IMG/VR virus record: IMGVR_UViG_3300045988_125296
DNA: 64,000 nucleotides
Origin: a virus
Direction: 5' to 3' (one strand)
Positions 35,489 to 44,399 of the stretch are shown in pieces (the first letter of the stretch is position 1; each line of letters opens with the position of its first letter). The notes below the pieces were generated by a model. That model ran no database searches and had not been told where the DNA came from. It saw only the letters and a program-made list of their open reading frames with translations. A program made the position numbers and the translations under genes.

Positions 35489-35668
35489 ATGGGGTATGTA
35501 AATAAAAACGGCAAGCCAATTAAGAAAAATCATTCTACTTGCCAGCCAGTTATGAAATCTTGGGGACTTGGTGAAGGAAGACCTCCCCTTACTTCTGACC
35601 CAGAAAATCCGATTAAGATGTTTGCCGAATACGAGGAAGACACTGAAAAGGATAAAGATAAGAGGTAA
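35489..35668 (+). CDS. hypothetical small protein
   Basis: 59 codons read by hand (MGYVNKNGKPIKK...). Confidence 0.45.
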   Translation: MGYVNKNGKPIKKNHSTCQPVMKSWGLGEGRPPLTSDPENPIKMFAEYEEDTEKDKDKR

Positions 35669-35671
35669 GCC

Positions 35672-36133
35672 ATGCCGAAGTTTCCGAGAATGCCGAAATC
35701 TTTACTCAAACCTCCTCCCAAATTTAAGAAACCGAAAGTTAAAGATTTTGTTTCTGATATGCAGAGACTCGGTGAAGAAATTGCGGAGGATTTTAAGGAT
35801 ACTATTATCAAGAATATTGAGGAGAATACTTACGGTTTTATCTTGAAACCGTCTACTGAGATTAAGAAAAAGTCAGACATTCCGTTAATAGATTCTCGTC
35901 AACTTATTGATGCTATTTATAGAGAAGGAACTACTGTTTCGGTTGAGGACACCCCACGAGACGATAGTTCTTTGTCTAATTTAGAGCTATCTATCATACA
36001 TGAGTATGGAACAAAAGACAAACATATTCCGGCAAGACCAGTATGGAGACAAACATACAAGGATTTCAAGGAAGTAGCCCATGAAAGAATTTCAGAATTT
36101 TTGAAGAACCCTAAATTTAAGTCACATGAATGA
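35672..36133 (+). CDS. HK97 gp10-like head-tail joining / tail completion protein
   Basis: LELSIIHEYGTKDKHIPARPVWR resembles the gp10-family EfGT....paRPf block. Confidence 0.6.
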   Translation: MPKFPRMPKSLLKPPPKFKKPKVKDFVSDMQRLGEEIAEDFKDTIIKNIEENTYGFILKPSTEIKKKSDIPLIDSRQLIDAIYREGTTVSVEDTPRDDSSLSNLELSIIHEYGTKDKHIPARPVWRQTYKDFKEVAHERISEFLKNPKFKSHE

Positions 36134-36572
36134 GGTTGCTATAAAAGCGCATACACGGCGTAGTAAGAGTGGTAAACAGATACAAGTCAAAGGTTACACT
36201 CGTAGAATTGGACGAAAAGGAGTTCATTCTCCAAAGCGAGAGAAAAACTCTGGGGAAGAATTGGTTGCAAAAGTTGCTGAGAAGAAATCTCCTATTTCTA
36301 AGGAAGAACTTGAAAGACGCTTAAAATGGGAAGAAGATTTTAAACGCTCCGAAGCTGAACGAAAATCATTGGGAATGTCTCCTGAAAAATATTCACGTTA
36401 CAAGTTGGCTGAGAGTGAAAGACGTGAACGTGCAGAGCACGCTGCTAAAAAGGCTTCTGAAAAAAACCCTCTATCCAAGAAAGGTTCTCAAAATATTTTA
36501 GAGCGGATTGAAGATAAAATCGCTAAATTTGTAGAGAAGTATAGTGGTAAGAAATATAAAAGAGCATTATGA
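36126..36572 (+). CDS. basic protein with N-terminal IKAHTRRSKSGKQIQVKGYTRR motif
   Basis: 148 aa, K/E/R-rich. Confidence 0.6.
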   Translation: MNEVAIKAHTRRSKSGKQIQVKGYTRRIGRKGVHSPKREKNSGEELVAKVAEKKSPISKEELERRLKWEEDFKRSEAERKSLGMSPEKYSRYKLAESERRERAEHAAKKASEKNPLSKKGSQNILERIEDKIAKFVEKYSGKKYKRAL

Positions 36573-36823
36573 GTTTTATGAAGAAACTTATACAAAATAA
36601 CAGTGGAGTAAGTTCTAAGAGTTTTTTCTTAGTTGTTGTTACTTGTATTGGGTGCTTGCTCTTGCTGATTGTTGGGTTTGTATTGGTATTCGAGGTCATT
36701 AAGTCTGGAACAATAAAGACTGACTTAAACGGCTTATCTTTATTTGTCGGCAGTATTACTGCGCTTTTCGGTGCTGCCGGACTTACGAAATGTTTAGGAG
36801 AGCGAAATGAAAAACAGAAGTGA
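36569..36823 (+). CDS. hypothetical membrane protein
   Basis: Two hydrophobic segments. ATGA overlap. Confidence 0.55.
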   Translation: MSFMKKLIQNNSGVSSKSFFLVVVTCIGCLLLLIVGFVLVFEVIKSGTIKTDLNGLSLFVGSITALFGAAGLTKCLGERNEKQK

Positions 36824-37002
36824 CTATGAAAAAGAAGATTATTTTTTGGGTCGTTGTAGTGGTCTTACTTGTAGGTATCGTTTTATACGTTCATTATGTA
36901 AGCCCCATTTCCGTATTGGTTAACGTTCTTGTTCTTGGAGTAGGAGCAGTTCTTGGCTGGGTATCTCATATCTTATACGGAAAATATTTTTCTAAGAAGT
37001 AG
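36820..37002 (+). CDS. hypothetical membrane protein
   Basis: Two hydrophobic segments (IIFWVVVVVLLVGIVLYV, VLVLGVGAVLGWV). Confidence 0.5.
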   Translation: MTMKKKIIFWVVVVVLLVGIVLYVHYVSPISVLVNVLVLGVGAVLGWVSHILYGKYFSKK

Positions 37003-37004
37003 TT

Positions 37005-37832
37005 ATGCTGTGTAGTATCCGACAGGTAAATGAAGAATTTTTCCGAAAATTCTATGGCCTTAAAATGGTTATAGGAGGTTCGGAACAAACTGTTTTGTGT
37101 AGGTATGCCAAGAAATCAAGCTATGACTATGTTGAGGAGCAGCTTAATCAAGTTTACCCGTGTATAGTGATTCAAGATTATGTCCCTACGCCAAAAGATG
37201 AATGGTATATAGATATGCATGCTTATTTTGGTGGGAAATCATCTGACGGATTAACAGGATACTTATTTCTTAGACCTATTTGGATGGATTTTCGTTATGA
37301 TGTAAGTATTGTAGCTAAGAGTTATAATGACTTTTCCGCTATGAAAGATTACTTCATGACGCATTTTGTTTATGGAAAAAGATTCATATTCAATAAAAAA
37401 CTTAGTGGCGAAGATACAGTAGGTGATATTGTTCCCTATACTATAAGAGAAACAGATATACCCAGAAATGATGGTTGCTTTGAGACGAACTATGAATTTA
37501 CTTGCTCTGTTTGGCTTTATCCGAGAACTCCGGAAGAAGTTTCTCTTATTCAAGAAGTTGTTATTTGTGGAAGTCCTCGACTTTTGTCTGAGAATATTAA
37601 CGAATTTATTTCTAAGGATAATTGTATTATCATCACAAAAGATGGTAGTATTTTTGCTCCGACAGGAGTTTATATATCGAAGTATACTGGCTATGAGATA
37701 GACCAAATTCTTGGGAAAGCGGTAGAATCTTCTACATACGACCATATTGAGAAGGTTACTGAGAAAGAATATGAAGAACTCTTAGATAAAGATTCTCGTA
37801 CTCTATATGTAGTTATAAAAGATGAACCCTGA
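37005..37832 (+). CDS. hypothetical structural protein
   Basis: 275-aa ORF. Confidence 0.6.
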   Translation: MLCSIRQVNEEFFRKFYGLKMVIGGSEQTVLCRYAKKSSYDYVEEQLNQVYPCIVIQDYVPTPKDEWYIDMHAYFGGKSSDGLTGYLFLRPIWMDFRYDVSIVAKSYNDFSAMKDYFMTHFVYGKRFIFNKKLSGEDTVGDIVPYTIRETDIPRNDGCFETNYEFTCSVWLYPRTPEEVSLIQEVVICGSPRLLSENINEFISKDNCIIITKDGSIFAPTGVYISKYTGYEIDQILGKAVESSTYDHIEKVTEKEYEELLDKDSRTLYVVIKDEP

Positions 37833-38013
37833 TGTCGTAAATATAAAATCTGGAAATCTTCAAGTTAAGAGCGTTTATTCGGGTGAGGAAAAAGTATGGC
37901 CCCAATCGTTCATAGACGTGAAGCCCAAGTATCTTTTTTTCTCAGATATGGAAAGTTCGGGGATTGTTGATGTTATTGCGAATGTTGATTGGAATGTTAA
38001 AGTTAAACTATAA
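37822..38013 (+). CDS. small protein ending with the N-terminal half of a BACON-like domain
   Basis: Ends ...KPKYLFFSDMESSGIVDVIANVDWNVKVKL (l.f....g...v.sN..W.v). Confidence 0.5.
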   Translation: MNPDVVNIKSGNLQVKSVYSGEEKVWPQSFIDVKPKYLFFSDMESSGIVDVIANVDWNVKVKL

Positions 38014-38024
38014 AAGATTCTATT

Positions 38025-38633
38025 ATGGCTAAACCCAATTGGTTAGTAGTGAACCCCTCAACGGGGTCAGGAAATGGGACTATTTCGAATAGTTCAAGTG
38101 AGCATACTGGTCGTGTTGCTCGTACTGGAACTGTGACTGTTACGGGAGTTGGAGTTTCTACTCCTGCAACGTATAAAGTTACACAGTCTCCAAAGGCAGA
38201 ATTTGCCTCTTTTGATAATGGCTCTGAAATGTCGGCTCCAAAAACTGCGGGTAAAGTAACCGTAGCCGGTAAGTCAAACTCATCAAAACTTGTTTTTAGT
38301 TGGCTTGGAGAAGTTACAGACGTTGAGATTCCTGCCACCTATAAAGCTGGTGGTGTTGTGACAAATAACGATGCGGAGATTGAAGGAGACCCCGGAGCTT
38401 CTGCACAATTTGCATTTAGCATTGAGCTGGATTTCCCCTTAAATGATACGGTTGAAGAAGTAGAACGTACTTTAATTGTTACGGCAAATGGAGGGCAGGC
38501 TTCTCAGATTCTTATCAAACAAGCTGCTGGTGACGCTCGTTTGGAAGTTTCTCCGAAAGAAATTACTATACCTCAATCAGGAGATGCCGTTTCCGTTTCT
38601 GTTACTTCTAACACAAGTTGGACTGTATCATAA
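38025..38633 (+). CDS. BACON/Ig-like domain protein (possible capsid decoration or adhesin)
   Basis: Starts with a BACON C-half (NWLVVNPSTGSGNGTISNSSSEHTGRVARTGTVTVTG...YKVTQ). Ends with a BACON N-half (LEVSPKEITIPQSGDAVSVSVTSNTSWTVS). Confidence 0.65.
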   Translation: MAKPNWLVVNPSTGSGNGTISNSSSEHTGRVARTGTVTVTGVGVSTPATYKVTQSPKAEFASFDNGSEMSAPKTAGKVTVAGKSNSSKLVFSWLGEVTDVEIPATYKAGGVVTNNDAEIEGDPGASAQFAFSIELDFPLNDTVEEVERTLIVTANGGQASQILIKQAAGDARLEVSPKEITIPQSGDAVSVSVTSNTSWTVS

Positions 38634-38644
38634 TTTAGACAATT

Positions 38645-38941
38645 GTGATAAAAACGGTAAAATGGAAAAAAGGAAACGGGTACATCACTATAACATATTC
38701 GGGATTAAAGGACGATATTGTTGTTATAAAGAGTGATGCAAATACCTTGTTCGAAGATAGGGAGCAAACTATAACGTTTTCTACCCTATCTTTGGACATT
38801 TCCAAAACCGTAAAGGTTACTCAGAAAGGAATTATTGTTGATGGTGGCGATTCTTCTGGAAATCGTACTATTATTGTTGATGGTGGAGTAGCCTCCACAG
38901 TTCTTTGGACAGATGGCATTGATTCAGGAGGAGCTATTTGA
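38645..38941 (+). CDS. protein starting with the C-terminal half of a BACON-like domain
   Basis: GTG start. VKWKKGNGYITITYSG...SDANTLFEDREQTITFS...KTVKVTQ. Confidence 0.5.
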   Translation: MIKTVKWKKGNGYITITYSGLKDDIVVIKSDANTLFEDREQTITFSTLSLDISKTVKVTQKGIIVDGGDSSGNRTIIVDGGVASTVLWTDGIDSGGAI

Positions 38942-38983
38942 TTATGCCGAATATTTTTGTATTTTCGCAATAAAAGATGAATT

Positions 38984-39169
38984 ATGAGTGAGAAAGAAAC
39001 TTCCTTAAAGGAATCTAAGAAAAAGAAAACTAAATTTGTTCGTAATAGGAGCGGACATCGAGTTGAGCTTGTTTTTGAGGGCAAGGTATGGGTATTTCTT
39101 CCCGGAAAACTTACAGAAGCTCCTGTTGAGTTAGATATACCTAATGGTATAGGACTTTATGTAAGATGA
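38984..39169 (+). CDS. hypothetical protein
   Basis: 61-aa ORF. Confidence 0.5.
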   Translation: MSEKETSLKESKKKKTKFVRNRSGHRVELVFEGKVWVFLPGKLTEAPVELDIPNGIGLYVR

Positions 39170-39636
39170 TAGTAGGGTTTACCATAACTGATTTTAAGGG
39201 GTTTGAGCAGGCTGCTGTCGAGTTCATTCAGAAAGTGTGTATACTTGAAGACCCTTCTATTGCACAGAATATTGTGGATGCTGGGGTCGGTGTAAATATA
39301 TTCTCGGCTTCCTTGACTCTTGAAGAATTACAAGAACAGCCTTTTGAGTCCACCCCGATAGAAACTCAGGACGGTAAATATTTGATTGTTTCTATCGTAA
39401 ATTTTAACTTAGAACTCCTATATAATAACGTTATACTTAGACTGTTACCTACTGAATATATCTATGTGGAGCCTTCCGAGATGTTTCAGTTTGAGACGTA
39501 TTTAAAGCAAGGTCTTGTAAGGGCTATTCCAGATTTATTTTCTTCTGATATTGATTGGATTCTCCAAAGCGGCTCTTGGAATGACGATAACGTATGGGTT
39601 GATTCTGCTATGTGGAGGGATTCAGATGAACAGTAA
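39166..39636 (+). CDS. hypothetical protein
   Basis: 156-aa ORF. ATGA overlap. Confidence 0.6.
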   Translation: MIVGFTITDFKGFEQAAVEFIQKVCILEDPSIAQNIVDAGVGVNIFSASLTLEELQEQPFESTPIETQDGKYLIVSIVNFNLELLYNNVILRLLPTEYIYVEPSEMFQFETYLKQGLVRAIPDLFSSDIDWILQSGSWNDDNVWVDSAMWRDSDEQ

Positions 39637-40000
39637 AATTGTTGAGACGCTTGAACTCATGTGTGATAAAGAAAATTTGCAAGATAAGAAGATTCTTCTC
39701 CTTGCGGAGCTTGTTGAAACAAAGTGCGAGGCTTTAAGTAAAAATCAAGACGGGCTTAAAAAATCTCTTGAAGAAACCAACACTAAATTGGATAAACTTA
39801 CAGGTCTTCTTGAAAGATATGAAGACGACACACATGGATGCCCTGTTTATAAGAATAAAGAGTCTTTTGAGAAACTTTCTTTTTTCGTCAAATACCCCAA
39901 AATCACCACATTTGTAGTTATGGGTATATTAGCTTTTACTATCGGGTTTTTAGGTACAAAGGTTATTAAATTTTTAAATACTCTTTTTAGTCTACTATGA
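39626..40000 (+). CDS. holin candidate (coiled coil plus C-terminal TM)
   Basis: ATG at 39626 (MNSKIVE). C-terminal TM ITTFVVMGILAFTIGFLG. ATGA overlap with the amidase gene. Confidence 0.45.
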   Translation: MNSKIVETLELMCDKENLQDKKILLLAELVETKCEALSKNQDGLKKSLEETNTKLDKLTGLLERYEDDTHGCPVYKNKESFEKLSFFVKYPKITTFVVMGILAFTIGFLGTKVIKFLNTLFSLL

Positions 40001-40599
40001 AAGCTATAACTATTATTTTTGACCCTGCACATGGAAAAGACGTAAAAGGTAAATGTTCTCCTGATGGTAGACATAAAGAATATTTGTGGAGCAGGGATAG
40101 GATAAATAACCTTGTTCCCAGATTAAAATCTTTGGGCTATGACGTTTATGTTACTACCGACTCAGATAATGAGCCGGGTCTTTTTTACAGAAAAAAATTT
40201 GCCACTCAATTAAAAACTGGGAATAGAAAACTTCTAATTTCTTTGCATAATAATGCTGCTGGAAGTGGTCTTTCTTGGATGTCAGCACAGGGAGTTGAGG
40301 TCTACACGACTCCCGGAGTAACAGATGCTGATGTTTGTTCAGATATTATTCTTAGTCAATTCAAAAAGGATTTTCCGGAATTTAAAATGCGCTTTTATAA
40401 AGACTCCTATCTTGAACGTGATAAAGAGGCTTCTTTTACGGTTTTAATGGGGTCCGGCTATATGGGGATTCTTATTGAATGGCTTTTTCAAGACAATAAA
40501 GACGACGTTATTTTTCTTGCCGATTTAAAAATAAATCGTAAATTTGAGAACTCCCTCGTAGAATCTATCGAACAAATAAACGAACACTTTAAGAGTTAG
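39997..40599 (+). CDS. N-acetylmuramoyl-L-alanine amidase (endolysin)
   Basis: IIFDPAHGKD...LLISLHNNAAGSGLSWMSAQGVEVYT resembles the Amidase_3 (MurNAc-LAA) zinc-site blocks. Confidence 0.75.
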   Translation: MKAITIIFDPAHGKDVKGKCSPDGRHKEYLWSRDRINNLVPRLKSLGYDVYVTTDSDNEPGLFYRKKFATQLKTGNRKLLISLHNNAAGSGLSWMSAQGVEVYTTPGVTDADVCSDIILSQFKKDFPEFKMRFYKDSYLERDKEASFTVLMGSGYMGILIEWLFQDNKDDVIFLADLKINRKFENSLVESIEQINEHFKS

Positions 40600-40602
40600 A
40601 AC

Positions 40603-40959
40603 ATGGGACGTAAGAGTAAAGTGAATGTAGTTTTTATCATTATCGCTGTGATAGCTATTTCCGTAGCTATATTTTCTCTTAGTAAATCTAACTCTAACCC
40701 CCCTATTATAGACTCTGAGATTTACGAAGATAATATTCGTACCCTTAATGATACGATTAAAGAACTTAAAGAGGACATTCTTTTATACCAAAAAGAAATT
40801 GAGCGTATTGATTTAGAACGTGAAAAAATAAGGCAACAGTTAAATCAAATAATCAAAGAAAATGAAGATACTGATATTGAGCTTTCTAATGGTGATTGGG
40901 ACTATAACATTAAGTTTCTCTCAGAATTTTTATCCAAAAAAGATTCTTTGGGGAAATGA
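40603..40959 (+). CDS. i-spanin-like protein (N-terminal TM plus coiled coil)
   Basis: VNVVFIIIAVIAISVAIFSL TM followed by an E/K/L-rich helix. Immediately after the endolysin. Confidence 0.5.
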   Translation: MGRKSKVNVVFIIIAVIAISVAIFSLSKSNSNPPIIDSEIYEDNIRTLNDTIKELKEDILLYQKEIERIDLEREKIRQQLNQIIKENEDTDIELSNGDWDYNIKFLSEFLSKKDSLGK

Positions 40960-41284
40960 TACAGTTCTTGCCATAACTAAGCCTCAACTTATAACTATAA
41001 ATAGGTCTTTGAATGATTTATACTTTCAGAAAAAGATAAATAAGAATCTTAGAAGCCAAATATTTGTTCAAGATTCTTTACTGACTTATTGGAAAACATT
41101 ATCTTTGAAGACAGATTCTTTGTATTTATTTGAGAATAAAAAATATGAAGAATCTTGTTTGTTAAATTCGTCTCTAAAAAAATCTTTGGAAAAGGAGAAA
41201 CGGAGAGTTACGAATATTGGTATTGGTGTAGGAGTCGGCGGCACTCTTTTAGGTGTTTTGATTGGGGTGTTGCTTGCTAAGTAA
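40862..41284 (+). CDS. signal-peptide protein with C-terminal TM, overlapping the spanin-like gene
   Basis: MKILILSFLMVIGTITLSFSQ signal. C-terminal GIGVGVGGTLLGVLIGVLLAK. Its first ~98 nt lie inside 40603..40959 in another frame. Confidence 0.45.
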   Translation: MKILILSFLMVIGTITLSFSQNFYPKKILWGNDTVLAITKPQLITINRSLNDLYFQKKINKNLRSQIFVQDSLLTYWKTLSLKTDSLYLFENKKYEESCLLNSSLKKSLEKEKRRVTNIGIGVGVGGTLLGVLIGVLLAK

Positions 41285-41306
41285 TAAATTTAAAACAATA
41301 ACTAAA

Positions 41307-43022
41307 ATGGCTGATGTAGGATTAACTATTGTAGAAGGCGTTGCTAATGGAGCTACCGCCTACAAAGAACCCTCCAAAAGAAACATTGGACTTCTCGGTC
41401 AATTTGTACGAGGTGGAGCTTTTTCGCCTGTGAAGATAACAAATTTGGAGGAGTTCAATAATGTATTTGGAGGACAAAGTGCATCTTTCTTTGGTCCGGG
41501 TATTGTCAAAAGTATTTTCGATGAAGCTGGAAATGCTCCTGTTACAATGTATCTTGCCAGAGTTGTTGGCTCAGGTTCTGTTGTTGCAAGTGGCACTGGA
41601 AGTTTATCGGATGACGCAACTATGACAGTAAAAGCCGGTTACAAAGGGAAAGAAGACCCCGGAGTTTGGGCTAACGGAATCAAAGTTTCACTCTATTCTT
41701 ATAGCTCTCGTGTAAAAGGTATGTTTACTCTTGTCGTTACGTATGGGGGTAAACAAGAAACGTATAGCTATGGAACTCTCTCTGAGATTCAAACTGCTGT
41801 TAATAAAGTTAGCAAGTACATTGTTATCGAATTTAGTAAGGAGATAGAACAACTTACTTATAAAAGTATTACAGGTACTGCTACGGCTACCACTTCAAGT
41901 AATGAAATTACAGGAGAAGGAACCTCATTTAAGACTGACCTTGCAGTAGGAAATGTGCTGTACGACAGCAATAAGAAAGTAATTGGAACGGTTGCCTCAA
42001 TTACTTCGGACACTAAACTTGTATTGACCAGTAAAGCTATGAATGCTGTTACTTCGGCAACAATCTCTAAACGAGATGACAAAGTTTATACGGCCAGTTT
42101 ATCTGGTGGTGTAGACGGTGAAGTCCAAGAGTCTGATTTTTACCCGATTGAGAGTACTACTGACCCGAAAGGGCTTTCATGTTTTGACGGATATGACGTT
42201 CAGATTATTGCTTGTACGGAGTTTCATTCTCTTTCTATGGCGAAAGTTCTGAACGAGTACTTAAAGACACGTAAGAATCCAATCGGTATTGTAAATATGC
42301 CCCTTAATGCAGACGAAGGAACTGCCGAGTTATACGCCTTAGAATTACAAACTAATGAGACAAGTTTTCTCGCAGGTTATATGGGGTGGTGTAAAATTCC
42401 AGATGAAAACGGAAATCCAGTACTGATTCCAGCTATTGGACCTATTTTAGGAGCCGCTTATGTCCGTACACCGTATTTACAAGGAGACTTTATACATATT
42501 CCTCCCGCAGGAATAGATTCTTTGTTCAAAAATGTTATAGAAGTTATCCCCCCTCGGTTGTCTCAGGCATCTATCAATAAGCTCGTACAACAATTCTCGT
42601 GCAATATTATTCAATATGTCGAGAATACGGGTTATTACGTTGGTAGTTCACGGACGTATTCTACAAATAGCTTGTATTCAAGCGTACATATTCGTATGCA
42701 GACCTCTTACTATCTGAGGGCACTGAACTCTAAGATGAGATTTTTGGAACAAAAGCCGAATACTCCCGGATTGAAGCGTGAAGCTCTTGTTCAATTGAAC
42801 CAATTCTTTAAGACAGAGTACGATAATGGTGCTCTTGAAGGAAGCGTTGACTTTAACCAAGCCTATCAAGGTATTTGTGACAAGAGCAATAATCCGCCTA
42901 CGCAGGATAGAAAGCTCTTGAATATAGACGTTCTGTGGATTCCTACTGAATGCACGGAAAGTATTCGGCTTTCTTTACAGAGAAACGATAATATATTAAC
43001 CACAATAGAAACGGAGGCATAA
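41307..43022 (+). CDS. contractile tail sheath protein
   Basis: ATG at 41307. The N-terminus ...GLLGQFVRGGAFSPVKITNLEEFNNVFGG is typical of sheath proteins. 571 aa, directly upstream of the tube gene. Confidence 0.8.
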   Translation: MADVGLTIVEGVANGATAYKEPSKRNIGLLGQFVRGGAFSPVKITNLEEFNNVFGGQSASFFGPGIVKSIFDEAGNAPVTMYLARVVGSGSVVASGTGSLSDDATMTVKAGYKGKEDPGVWANGIKVSLYSYSSRVKGMFTLVVTYGGKQETYSYGTLSEIQTAVNKVSKYIVIEFSKEIEQLTYKSITGTATATTSSNEITGEGTSFKTDLAVGNVLYDSNKKVIGTVASITSDTKLVLTSKAMNAVTSATISKRDDKVYTASLSGGVDGEVQESDFYPIESTTDPKGLSCFDGYDVQIIACTEFHSLSMAKVLNEYLKTRKNPIGIVNMPLNADEGTAELYALELQTNETSFLAGYMGWCKIPDENGNPVLIPAIGPILGAAYVRTPYLQGDFIHIPPAGIDSLFKNVIEVIPPRLSQASINKLVQQFSCNIIQYVENTGYYVGSSRTYSTNSLYSSVHIRMQTSYYLRALNSKMRFLEQKPNTPGLKREALVQLNQFFKTEYDNGALEGSVDFNQAYQGICDKSNNPPTQDRKLLNIDVLWIPTECTESIRLSLQRNDNILTTIETEA

Positions 43023-43023
43023 T

Positions 43024-43482
43024 ATGAAACCACAGAAACCACAAGATGTATATGTAGTTAACGGGTGGTATTTAAATATCCCCGTTGAGGGTATCAATTC
43101 CGATGGTTTATTCGAGACTCTTGAAGGAATGTCGAAATCTTCTGGAACTGTCGAAGTAGTTGATGCAGGAACCAATAGAAAGTATAAATTTACCGACCAG
43201 CTTACAGATTACGGTGAAATGACACTTACGAGACCTTACAATGGTAGTGCAGCTGACCGTGCTATGGAGACTCTCGTTAATACCATGATTGAGAATGGTC
43301 TGAAACTTCCTGTTACAGCTGTTAAGATGCATCAAGGACAAGAAGTTCTCACGATTATTTTCGAAGGGTTTGCTTTTAACGCAGCGAACTATCCGAATTT
43401 TGACGTAGGTGGCTCGGATAAATTTATTGTATCTTATACAGCTCACTGTGACGGTTGGACTATTTTACCAGCCGGTTCTTAA
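43024..43482 (+). CDS. tail tube protein (T4 gp19/CIS tube family)
   Basis: FETLEGMSKSSGTVEVVDAGTNRKYKFTDQLTDYGEMTLTRPYNGS fits F.e.sGl....e..e.......k.pg...y..itL.R. Confidence 0.75.
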   Translation: MKPQKPQDVYVVNGWYLNIPVEGINSDGLFETLEGMSKSSGTVEVVDAGTNRKYKFTDQLTDYGEMTLTRPYNGSAADRAMETLVNTMIENGLKLPVTAVKMHQGQEVLTIIFEGFAFNAANYPNFDVGGSDKFIVSYTAHCDGWTILPAGS

Positions 43483-43514
43483 ATATTAAACAATAACTAA
43501 ACATCAATCGTATT

Positions 43515-44399
43515 ATGGATGGATTATTTTTTGAACTTCCAGTAGGACTCCGAATTAACGGAGAAGTTCATAAAGATGTAGAATTGCTCAAAACAAATGG
43601 TGTTGCGGAAAAGATTTTCGTAAAAAAACTGTCTGAGAAACCGTTTACATGGCAAGGAAATGTTATCTCTGCGGCTGTTAAACGAATCGGTAACATAGAA
43701 ATCGGCCCCGAAGTACGGAAGAAGTACCTTGAAGATGGTTCTGTCACCATACCTTTGGCTGTTTTGAAGTTACCCCTCGCTGAGGTAAATACCTTGATGG
43801 TAGAAATTCATCGTAGAGTATGGGTATCATTTATTCCGAAACAGGAAGTTATCTGTAAATATTGCGGTAAAAAATTGATAGCCGACATTGACTTGGATAA
43901 AATTGACTATTTACCGGAAACTAAGGAGATGATGGAGTCTCTTACTGATTACGAGCATGTTGTAGTCAAATTGAGAGACGGCTTTATTCCTCCGCAAATT
44001 CCAAAGATTACTGATAAACCTGAGTACTTAGGTATAACTGATATTGAATTTAACAGATTTACATTCAGGGTTCCACTTCTTGAAGATGCAATTCGCCAAG
44101 AAAAATATTTTTCTGATAGCATAGGATTTTGGCGACGTATCGCAATGGACTGCTTGTTATCTGTTGATAAAGTAGACGAAGAAGGAAACGTACTTGACAC
44201 TTTACCCAAGGAGTTCCATACATGGTATGGGTTGAAGATATTCAACGAATACTTGTCGGGCATAGATTTGAAGGAAATACGGAATGAGATTATTGAATGC
44301 TTGCCGACACTTCCTTACGCCTATTATGAGGTGTGTGGTTGTGACGAACGTAGGGAAATACCTATGATTATGGAGGCGAGCAGTTTTTTCTCGGAATGA
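43515..44399 (+). CDS. hypothetical tail-module protein
   Basis: 294-aa ORF between tube and tape measure. CKYCGKK...CGCDE Cys pairs. Confidence 0.55.
   Translation: MDGLFFELPVGLRINGEVHKDVELLKTNGVAEKIFVKKLSEKPFTWQGNVISAAVKRIGNIEIGPEVRKKYLEDGSVTIPLAVLKLPLAEVNTLMVEIHRRVWVSFIPKQEVICKYCGKKLIADIDLDKIDYLPETKEMMESLTDYEHVVVKLRDGFIPPQIPKITDKPEYLGITDIEFNRFTFRVPLLEDAIRQEKYFSDSIGFWRRIAMDCLLSVDKVDEEGNVLDTLPKEFHTWYGLKIFNEYLSGIDLKEIRNEIIECLPTLPYAYYEVCGCDERREIPMIMEASSFFSE

Noticed and set aside
37999-38660. T4 gene-60-style translational bypass, or a programmed -1 frameshift, linking the split BACON-like ORFs.
   Set aside because: Matching take-off and landing codons exist (AAA...AAA, GTA...GTA). However, they are not adjacent to the stops, and at the second junction they would give an implausibly short W-to-W spacing. 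There is no slippery heptamer, and at 38633/38639 the two frames do not overlap.
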